From an uncultured delta proteobacterium (GTDB lineage: Bacteria > Myxococcota > Myxococcia > Myxococcales > Myxococcaceae), in assembly GCA_963771175.1 (NCBI GenBank), contig CAVYSY010000042.1:1-24038 (forward strand): 24,038 bases of DNA, given 5' to 3'. Positions 8,519 to 15,967 of this stretch are shown piece after piece. The first letter of the stretch is position 1. Each line of letters opens with the position of its first letter. Under the pieces are notes generated by a model. It was given only the letters and a program-made list of their open reading frames with translations. It was not told where the DNA came from and searched no databases. A program made the translations under genes and the position numbers.

Positions 8519-9709
8519 ATGGCCAGCAATCGCGGTGTCGTCTACCTCGGTCCCGGGAAGGTGGAGGTGCGGAACATCGACTACCCGAAGATGGTCAATC
8601 CGAAGGGAAAGCCCATCGAGCACGGCGTCATCCTCAAGGTCGTCTCCACCAACATCTGCGGTTCGGACCAGCACATGGTGCGTGGCCGGACCACCGCTCC
8701 GCCGGGACTCGTGCTCGGTCACGAAATCACCGGAGAGGTCATCGAGAAGGGCAAGGACGTCGAGTACCTGGAACTGGGCGACCTCGTCACCGTGCCCTTC
8801 AACGTGGCCTGCGGACGCTGCCGCACGTGCCGGGAGCAGCAGACGGGAGTGTGCCTCAACGTCAACGCGTCACGTCCCGGTGGCGCCTATGGCTATGTGG
8901 ACATGGGCGGCTGGGTGGGTGGGCAGGCCCAGTACGTCATGGTCCCCTACGCCGACTTCAACCTCATCCGCTTCCCCGACAAGGCTCGGGCGCTCGAGAA
9001 GATAAAGGACCTGACCATGCTGTCGGACATCCTGCCGACCGGCTTCCACGGCGCGGTCTGCGCGGGAGTCGGGGTGGGGTCCTCCGTGTACGTCGCGGGC
9101 GCGGGGCCCGTCGGGCTCGCCGCCGCGGCCTCGGCCCACCTGCTCGGTGCCGCGGTGGTGATGATCGGCGACATCAACCCGGAGCGTTTGCGGCACGCGA
9201 AGTCCGTGGGGTTCGAGCCCATCGATCTCACGAAGAGCGACAAGCTGGAGGAGTTGATCGCCGCGGTCGTCGGCGTGCCCGAGGTGGATGCCTCCATCGA
9301 CGCGGTCGGTTTCGAGGCGCGCGGCCACGGCGCCCAGCACGTGACGGAGGCGCCCGCCACGGTGCTCAACTCGCTCATGGCCATCACCCGGGCCGGTGGC
9401 GCCATCGGTATCCCGGGGCTCTACGTCACGGAGGACCCGGGCGCGAAGGACGAGGCCGCGAAGCAGGGCAACCTGCGCATGCGCTTCGGGCTCGGCTGGG
9501 CGAAGTCGCATCGGTTCTTCACCGGGCAGACGCCGGTGCTCCGCTACAACCGCCAGCTCATGCAGGCCATCCTCCACGACCGCCTGCCCATCGCGAAGAT
9601 CGTCAACGCCACTGTCATTCCGCTCGACGAGGCGGTGCGCGGCTACCACGAGTTCGATACGGGCGTGGCCCGGAAGTTCGTCATCGACCCCCACGGCATG
9701 CTGAAATGA
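8519..9709 (+). CDS. fdhA: Glutathione-independent formaldehyde dehydrogenase (zinc MDR family)
   Basis: AGGAGG RBS. MASNRGVVYLGPG start, TNICGSDQHMVRGRT, GHE, C-x2-C-x2-C-x7-C zinc site, LSDILPTG, GAGPVG and GLGWAKSH..TGQTPV. Confidence 0.93.
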   Translation: MASNRGVVYLGPGKVEVRNIDYPKMVNPKGKPIEHGVILKVVSTNICGSDQHMVRGRTTAPPGLVLGHEITGEVIEKGKDVEYLELGDLVTVPFNVACGRCRTCREQQTGVCLNVNASRPGGAYGYVDMGGWVGGQAQYVMVPYADFNLIRFPDKARALEKIKDLTMLSDILPTGFHGAVCAGVGVGSSVYVAGAGPVGLAAAASAHLLGAAVVMIGDINPERLRHAKSVGFEPIDLTKSDKLEELIAAVVGVPEVDASIDAVGFEARGHGAQHVTEAPATVLNSLMAITRAGGAIGIPGLYVTEDPGAKDEAAKQGNLRMRFGLGWAKSHRFFTGQTPVLRYNRQLMQAILHDRLPIAKIVNATVIPLDEAVRGYHEFDTGVARKFVIDPHGMLK

Positions 9710-9800
9710 GAGCCCTCTCCCCTCTCCTGGCCTTTCCCTACCGCACGGCACGTCAGCCCTGCTTGCTACGAGCTCCCGATCGGGCTCGCGTCCCAGTCTC

Positions 9801-9870
9801 GTGACAAGAGCATCGCGGTGGAGGAAGTGGCTTCTGCCCGTGGCGGCGCTGGGTCTGACCCTGCTCCCAC
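9801..9870 (+). pseudogene. Orphan signal-peptide-like fragment
   Basis: GTG-initiated MTRASRWRKWLLPVAALGLTLLP has a basic n-region and hydrophobic h-region and ends at the edge of toxin cassette 2. No clear RBS. Confidence 0.35.
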
Positions 9871-9875
9871 GAGCC

Positions 9876-10634
9876 TCAAGGGGTGGAGCGCCCGCCGATT
9901 TCCGGGAAGCGCTCGTAGGCCCGTTTCAGCGCGTCCAGGTGCGCGGGGTTGTCCAGGTCGAGCGGCGCATCGGTGAGCCTGACAACCCACCCGCCCGTCG
10001 CGGTGCGCCGCGCCCGTGAGAGCAAATCCGCGTCGCGGGCGGGGTCCGGAAAGCCGATGGCCCGTGCGGCAGCATCCGACCAGTAGTTCAGCCACCCCAA
10101 GCGATGCGGAATCTCGGGCGAGCGGATGTAATTGGGGAACCTGAGCGCTGGCAGCCCTCTCGGCGGGACCCCCGGCTTACGCGCCGGATCTCTCGTCTGC
10201 CGCGAAATCTCGACGGCTGCGTTGAACGGCGTCGCGTGCCCCCAGAACGCGCGTGCGCCCTCCGCGACGGCTTCCAGCACATCCGCTGCCGCAGTGATGC
10301 CGGCCGCATCGAGTAGCAGCGTTGCACGGACTTCAAAATGCGACGGGCTCCCTGCTGCAAGGCCATTCGGGTTTTCCGATCCGGCAAGAGTCACGAGGTG
10401 GTCATCGTTATCGTTGCAGAGGAACGGAAACCCTCCGTCCGTGCTGTTTGCCGCGACCCATTCATCGCGGTGAGGCAATGGAATAAGGTCTTCCTTTCCG
10501 GAAGTCGTCCATCCCAGACGCAAGCCCGGAAGCGCACGTTCCATCCCATGGATGATGGTGGGAGGTCGCGCATCGCCCCGCACGAGTGCTGGCGCATAAG
10601 CCATAATACGAACATCAGTCGGGTCGACCACCAT
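9876..10634 (-). CDS. DUF5953-like putative immunity protein (copy 2)
   Basis: ATG 10634 lies 1 nt after the toxin stop. The C-terminal part is nearly identical to 2419-3174 and the N-terminal part is divergent. Confidence 0.8.
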   Translation of the reverse strand: MVVDPTDVRIMAYAPALVRGDARPPTIIHGMERALPGLRLGWTTSGKEDLIPLPHRDEWVAANSTDGGFPFLCNDNDDHLVTLAGSENPNGLAAGSPSHFEVRATLLLDAAGITAAADVLEAVAEGARAFWGHATPFNAAVEISRQTRDPARKPGVPPRGLPALRFPNYIRSPEIPHRLGWLNYWSDAAARAIGFPDPARDADLLSRARRTATGGWVVRLTDAPLDLDNPAHLDALKRAYERFPEIGGRSTP

Positions 10635-10635
10635 G

Positions 10636-11536
10636 TCAGCACCAATCCATGACGACAACCTTAAGGGTCTGATCCACCAGCTCCAGTGCGGCCTTGTGCG
10701 CTTCGCTGTGAACGCCGAGGACAAATTCGTAACCACACTCTTCCGCAAGCCTGCGCTCTCGTTGTATCTCCGGCAGCTTCATTTCGATGAAGAATTGTTG
10801 AGATCGACGACTGTGCTTGTCAAAGTCATCCGTTTTGACGTCCCACAGCGTGCGCACGATGAGTTGCAGCCCGTCGTAATCCTTCCCATTGACGCGCACA
10901 TCCCAACCGGGAAAGCTGTTGAACGGAATTCTGTCGGCGCACTTGTTATGATCGTCGTTTCCGCCTCGGTGCGGCACCGGGATGGGCTTGCACTCCGGGC
11001 GGCGGTCTCGCTCCGTGACTTCGACTGGCCCCAGAGGAGGGAAATCCGGTCCTTTTGGCCCCGGCTTGGGCTTTTGTTTCGGCGAAGGCTCCTGTGGGGT
11101 GGGCTTCGTTTCAGGCGCGGGCTTCACTTCTGGCAGGGGGCGCGTTTCAGGCACGGGTCTTGCCTGGGGACGGCCCCTCTTCTCCGCGTAAGTATCCAAC
11201 GCTTCTTTGATGGCGAAGCCCACCACTACAACGCCCGCCACAATCACCGCTCCCACCACCAACTCCGGGGCCGCCAGGACGCAGACCCCGAGCCCCATTG
11301 CAGCGGCACCCGCAGAGGCAACAGCGCATCGTCCTGTGGGGTCGTGAAACTCGATCCGGTCATGGTCGAGGGCATGAAAGCACCGCTCCGCCAGCACGGG
11401 CCAGGGCTCGGAAGCCTCCTGAACGGCGCACCGCCCCCCGTCCGTCCAGGGCAGCGTCGCCGCTCGCTGGAGTTTGGCGATCCTCGGGTCTCGGGCCGCT
11501 GGCGCTCTTGGGCTGGGCGCTGACGTAGCGCAGGCC
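10636..11536 (-). pseudogene. DUF6310-like toxin (copy 2) lacking start codon and signal peptide
   Basis: Similar to copy 1 from ACATSAPSPR onward. Similarity stops at 11536, just 5' of the lipobox Ala-Cys. C-terminus has DYDGL...LWDVKT. Confidence 0.75.
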
Positions 11537-11559
11537 TGTGGAGGGCTCCCAGGGCGGTA

Positions 11560-11635
11560 GCGGTGCCAGCGGGAACGAGTCCTTTGACACCTTCCCGGAG
11601 ACACCTTCCCGGCCTCTTCCCGGCCCTGGCACCGC
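11560..11635. repeat. GACAC-family repeat, copy R2, inside a stem-loop
   Basis: ACGAGTCCTTTGACAC (11575-11590) is identical to 4329-4344. GACACCTTCCCGG occurs twice (11586-11598, 11600-11612). Outer 10-bp perfect IR GCGGTGCCAG/CTGGCACCGC. Confidence 0.75.
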
Positions 11636-11697
11636 GCTGGCGTGGGACTCCTCGCCAGGGCGCATGGTGGGCGCAGGGTGGAGCGGGTCCTCGGGAG

Positions 11698-11715
11698 CCT
11701 GTCTAGTAAGACAGG
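11698..11715. promoter_or_regulatory. Candidate operator palindrome upstream of the kinase
   Basis: CCTGTCT-AGTA-AGACAGG, 7-bp perfect arms, in a locally AT-richer intergenic patch. Confidence 0.3.
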
Positions 11716-11801
11716 AACTCCTCCACATCTTAGGGGGAGACCTCGCGAGCGCTCCATTGGGCCCCCCATCTCCAGCACCGCTCTCCCCCCAGCAGGCGCA
11801 G

Positions 11802-13547
11802 ATGCTCTCTTTCCTGCGCGTCTCGCTCCTGCTCGGGCCGCCGTTCACCGTCTTCTATGGGGTCAGCGCGCTCCTGCTCCGGCAGCTCGACCTGGCGCTC
11901 ATGGCAGGCGTCCTCTCCGTCGCCGGGTTGCTCACCCTGCTTGGGAGTTGGCTGGCACGGAAGGGGCGCCTGGAGGCCGCGGCATTGACCGCGGGCTACA
12001 CCGTGCTCGGGATGGCGGGCCTCTTCGTCCTCATCCTCCCGGGACTGTACGCCGCCGATCTCATCCTGTGCCTGCTGGGCGTCGTCTGCGTCCTCCCCCA
12101 CGTTCGCGGTTGGCCCCTGAAGCTCTATCTCTTCGTCACCGTGGCAGCCATGGTGCTGGTGGTGCTGGTCGCCACCCCGAGCCCCCGGCCCATCCCGCTC
12201 CCCAATGCGCTCCAGCACGGGCTGCTCCTCGCCAGCATCACCGTCCCGGGGAGCCTCATCTGTTTGTTGTTGTGGCAGTACAGCACCCAGCTGCGTCGGC
12301 AGCTCCAACACATCCAGTTCCTGAGCCATGCGGGTTCCCTGCTGGCCTCCTCGCTGGCGCTCGACACGACCCTCCAGAGCGTGGGCCAGCTCACCGTTCC
12401 CTGGTTCTCGGACTGGGGCCTGCTCGATCTGCTCGACGAGGCCGGAGAATGGCGGCTCGCGGCGCTCATTCACGCGGACCCCAGGGCCGAGGCAACCACG
12501 CGCGCACTGCTGGAACGGCAAGGCGGCGCCGGGGCCCCACCCGCCGGCTCCTCCGATGGGCTCGAGCCGTGCTCCCTCACCCTCTCCGGACAGGACTCCC
12601 TGCCCGGGATGGAGCCGCGCCGCGTCGCGCTGCTACGGGCGCTGGGGCCGGGCTCGCTGCTCCTGGTTCCGCTGGTGGCGCGAGGACGACACTCCGGAGT
12701 CCTCACCCTCGGCCGTACCTCCATGCGGCACCCCTTCACCGGGCAGGACGCGGTCCTCGCGCAGGAGCTGGCACGGCGTATCGCGGTCGCGGTGGACAAC
12801 GCCCGGCTCTTCGAGCAGGCCCAGGGGGCCATTCGCGCCCGCGATGAGTTCCTCGCGATTGCGTCGCATGAGCTGCGCACCCCGCTGACGCCGCTGCTGC
12901 TCAAGCTGCATACCCTGCGCCGGAGTGTCGGGGCGCTGCCCCTGAGCCAGGAGGCAACCACCTGGATGGAGCAGCAGTTCTCGGTCATCGAGCGGCAGGT
13001 CCACCGGCTGGTGCGGCTCCTCGAGGAGATGCTGGACATCTCGCGGATGGAAGGGGGCCGGCTGCGGTTGGAGCTGGAGCCGGTGGACCTGGCGGCGCTG
13101 GTGCGGGAGCTGGTGGCGCATGGCGAGGAGTCGGGAGCGGTGGCGCGCGGCAGGAGCGAGGTGCGGCTGACGTTGCCGGAGGAGGTGATCGGGCGGTGGG
13201 ATCGGCTGCGGCTGGTGCAGGTGATCACCCACCTGCTCTCCAACGCCTTCAAGTACGGCCAGAACCGGCCCATCGACGTGGAAGTCCGGCGGGAGGGCAC
13301 GCTGGCGATGCTGGTGGTGAGGGACCGGGGCATCGGCATCTCCCGGGAGAACCAGGAGCGGGTGTTCGGGCGGTTCGAGCGGGCGGTGTCCGTGCGGCAC
13401 TTTGGCGGGTTCGGCCAGGGGCTCTACATCGCACGGCAGGTGGTGGAGGCGATGGGCGGCACCATTCGTCTCGAGTCGAAGCCAGGGGAGGGCTCGACCT
13501 TCACGGTGCTGCTCCCGCTGGCTGGCCCGGCAACGTCTGCACCGTGA
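11802..13547 (+). CDS. Membrane sensor histidine kinase (TM-GAF-HisKA-HATPase); start uncertain
   Basis: Several TM helices, GAF-like LLLVPLVARG..GVLTL..F...D..LAQELARR, H-box FLAIASHELRTPL, NAFKYG, DRGIGI, GFGQGLYI and GEGSTF. The frame is open upstream to 11538. Confidence 0.9.
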   Translation: MLSFLRVSLLLGPPFTVFYGVSALLLRQLDLALMAGVLSVAGLLTLLGSWLARKGRLEAAALTAGYTVLGMAGLFVLILPGLYAADLILCLLGVVCVLPHVRGWPLKLYLFVTVAAMVLVVLVATPSPRPIPLPNALQHGLLLASITVPGSLICLLLWQYSTQLRRQLQHIQFLSHAGSLLASSLALDTTLQSVGQLTVPWFSDWGLLDLLDEAGEWRLAALIHADPRAEATTRALLERQGGAGAPPAGSSDGLEPCSLTLSGQDSLPGMEPRRVALLRALGPGSLLLVPLVARGRHSGVLTLGRTSMRHPFTGQDAVLAQELARRIAVAVDNARLFEQAQGAIRARDEFLAIASHELRTPLTPLLLKLHTLRRSVGALPLSQEATTWMEQQFSVIERQVHRLVRLLEEMLDISRMEGGRLRLELEPVDLAALVRELVAHGEESGAVARGRSEVRLTLPEEVIGRWDRLRLVQVITHLLSNAFKYGQNRPIDVEVRREGTLAMLVVRDRGIGISRENQERVFGRFERAVSVRHFGGFGQGLYIARQVVEAMGGTIRLESKPGEGSTFTVLLPLAGPATSAP

Positions 13548-13576
13548 GCCCGCGAGGAAGGTGTCACCCCGCCTGG

Positions 13577-14142
13577 CCCCGGAAAGGTGTCCCAGAAGGG
13601 TGTCAAAGAACACGAGCGATGCGACCGGGCACGACTCGCGGCGGGAAGGAGAACCTGGGGAAGCAGGCAGAAAAGTCCCCCTGTCTCCAGCGAGCCGCGG
13701 CTTCTCGGAATGCCGAGACGAAATCGCGATACCGCTCGCGCAACTCCCGCGGGGCCTGGCGCGTGGACGCATGTCCCTGCCACTCGGCGCACCGCTCCAC
13801 CAGCCCCTCCTTCACTCCATGGGCGAGCACGTAGCGCAGCCGGCCCACCAGCGCCGTGTCGTCCAGCACCGGCTCCGCCGAGTAGCGCCGCTCCCAGAAG
13901 CCCCGCGAGCGCTGCCCCCCGTGCCCACACCAGCAGATGGAAGTGGTTGGATGAGAAGGCGAAGGCATACAACCGCACCGTGCCGGCGCTCTGTTCCACT
14001 GCTCGCGCCAGTACACCTCCACCACGCAAACCCTCGGAAAGACTTGGAGACCGGTGGGTTCACCCGTCCACGCCGAGTCTTGTTCGTATTCGGGTTCAGC
14101 TTATCGAGTTCTTTGACACCATCCTCGGACACCATCCTCGGG
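13577..14142 (-). mobile_element. Degenerate HUH/Y1-transposase element bounded by GACAC-family inverted repeats (R3, R4)
   Basis: GGTGTCAAAGAACACGA (13599-13615) matches the reverse complement of 14104-14120 at 16/17. The match extends to about 31/39 over 13577-13615 versus 14104-14142. Confidence 0.7.
13603..14024 (-). pseudogene. HUH/Y1 (RAYT/TnpA-REP-like) transposase remnant
   Basis: One frame gives LYAFAFSSNHFHLLV (HUH) and another gives FWERRYSAEPV...LRYVLAHGVKEGLV..AEW (Y1 helix). There is no N-terminus and the frame changes near 13905. The stop TGA lies inside the repeat (CTTTGACACC). Confidence 0.8.
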
Positions 14143-14231
14143 ATTCCCGCCGCTTCCATGCGGAGTCACCCTCATCAGCATGTCAGCCCCTCATGGTTGC
14201 CTCCCCAACCTTGAACTGCACCGGGAGGAAC

Positions 14232-14984
14232 ATGTTGGCCACGAAAGGACGTGGAACCAGGACGAAGAGCACCTTGGGGCTGGCGGGTTTTCTCCTGCTG
14301 CTCGTGGCGACCCTCAATGCCCAGGCGGAGCCGCCCTCCTCCACGCTCCCTGGCCGTAAACCAGACTCCAAGGAGCCCTGGGGCGCTTTTCTTGGCCGGG
14401 CCGCACATGAGGCCATTGGCAGAGCTTACAGCGTACAGCATCCCTCCAACGTCATCTTCCTCAACACCGTCAGTCTCGCCGACATTGTGAGGGAGGGGGA
14501 ACTGGGGGATCCCAAGCGACTTGCTGAGTTCGTGAGGCTCTGGCGCCCGGACATCACCGATACCCGCGCCCTCGTGCTCTTCGAGATCAAACCGGACGAT
14601 GAGGAGTCGCGCAGGGAAGGGAGAGACCAGGCGAGGCGCTATCTGGCGGCGCTCAATGATGCCGTCGAGCCTGACAAGAAGCTCGCGGGAGGCACCGGCT
14701 TCGAGGGGGCGCTATTCCTCGAATTCGAGAACGGGGGAGCACTCTGGCAGTTGTCCTGGCGCACGCCAGAGCCCGGAGTGACTCTGTACCGCTGGAGCTA
14801 CCGGCGCGAGAAGCCCAATGCTTCCTGGAAGGAGCGGGCGGCCCAGAAGGCAGAGACGTTGCCCAAGGAAGAAATAGAACAGCGCGGTGAGTTGGCGGAG
14901 CAGGCGCTCCGAGCCGCCTATGGAGGGGGCGAACGCCCCAAGAGCTTCCAGGGTCAGGTCTACCTGCCTGTGGACTGCCGCTGA
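14232..14984 (+). CDS. Secreted protein with PD-(D/E)XK nuclease-like motifs; putative toxin
   Basis: GGAGGA before ATG 14232. Signal-like LGLAGFLLLLVATLNAQA|EP, then AHEAIG...RPDITD...FEIKP...QARRY. Confidence 0.7.
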   Translation: MLATKGRGTRTKSTLGLAGFLLLLVATLNAQAEPPSSTLPGRKPDSKEPWGAFLGRAAHEAIGRAYSVQHPSNVIFLNTVSLADIVREGELGDPKRLAEFVRLWRPDITDTRALVLFEIKPDDEESRREGRDQARRYLAALNDAVEPDKKLAGGTGFEGALFLEFENGGALWQLSWRTPEPGVTLYRWSYRREKPNASWKERAAQKAETLPKEEIEQRGELAEQALRAAYGGGERPKSFQGQVYLPVDCR

Positions 14985-15071
14985 GCGAGCGGGATGCGTC
15001 TGCCGCCCTTGGAGCGAACGAAGTGCCTGGCGATGGAGGAGCACCTGGCCGCTGTGCTAGGGCAAAAGACC

Positions 15072-15875
15072 ATGACCCCGGAACAGTCCCCAGTGCTTGA
15101 GTTTCCAGCTTGGCTCTACGGCACAACCGCCGCCATCCTCCGCAAGGTGAGAGCCGAGGGCCACTGGTGGGCCCGGGAGTACCTCAAGACCGGTGCATTT
15201 CCCCGGCCCAGACAGATGCGCCAGGTTCCGCCCGGAGAGGTGCTGGTAATGCACTCGGGGGCCGATTTCGACTCGACCCACCCGCGCTGGCGGGTGCACA
15301 TGTTTCTCAGCGTCTTCACCAGCCTGGGCGAATGCGTCCAGGAGGAGGAGCGTCAACGCACGGCAGAAGCCTTCGAGTCCTTCTGCCTGAGCACCCCTTG
15401 GGGCGCCCTCTACCACGCCGTGTCTCCGCCCCCGCGGCGGAGCGCTGAGCGCATGGCGAACCGGCTCGCCTCTGTGCTCCGCTTCTGGGATGTGCTCCAG
15501 GGCCCTCGCTATGTGTACAGGTTGCCCGACACCCACCACACCATCGACGACCTCATGGAGTACATCTACCGCGAGACCCTGGAGGCATGGTGCCCCGAAG
15601 GCCCGGCCTCGGTCCGCGAGCACATGGCCCTGACGGTGGAGCGCATGGCTCGCGCTACCCGAGAGGATTGCATGGAGGCTGTGCTCCGGGTGATTCCTGT
15701 CTTGGTAGAGGTGGATACCGAATTCAAACACCCCGAGGTGCTCAGCGACCCGGACTTCCTGCGCGAGCGCCTCTCCGCGCTTCCCCTGGAGAGGTTCGAG
15801 GCTCTCTCCAGCGCCTACAAATACACCGTGACCGTGCAGTTGGCTGCCTCGGACAGGGAGTTGGGGCGGCATTAG
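15072..15875 (+). CDS. Hypothetical protein, candidate partner/immunity of 14232-14984 (alternative starts 14994, 15033)
   Basis: Intact co-oriented ORF directly downstream, with no signal peptide and no recognisable catalytic motif. Confidence 0.65.
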   Translation: MTPEQSPVLEFPAWLYGTTAAILRKVRAEGHWWAREYLKTGAFPRPRQMRQVPPGEVLVMHSGADFDSTHPRWRVHMFLSVFTSLGECVQEEERQRTAEAFESFCLSTPWGALYHAVSPPPRRSAERMANRLASVLRFWDVLQGPRYVYRLPDTHHTIDDLMEYIYRETLEAWCPEGPASVREHMALTVERMARATREDCMEAVLRVIPVLVEVDTEFKHPEVLSDPDFLRERLSALPLERFEALSSAYKYTVTVQLAASDRELGRH

Positions 15876-15891
15876 CCTTCGTAGGAGGGAG

Positions 15892-15944
15892 GCCGGGCCG
15901 GAGTGTGCCCCAAGCGAACTGCACGGCCTCTCCTCCGGCCCGGC
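15892..15944. repeat. 12-bp perfect inverted repeat (possible terminator or regulatory hairpin)
   Basis: GCCGGGCCGGAG (15892-15903) pairs with CTCCGGCCCGGC (15933-15944). No U-tract. Confidence 0.4.
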
Positions 15945-15967
15945 GGACATGGGATAACACTCACCCC

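Noticed and set aside
4329..14142. GACAC repeats as a CRISPR array
   Set aside because: Copies are kilobases apart, in mixed orientation, without regular spacers or cas genes.
13587..14231. N-terminal extension of the 465-aa ORF 13587-14984
   Set aside because: It is antisense to the transposase remnant. The RBS and signal peptide point to ATG 14232.
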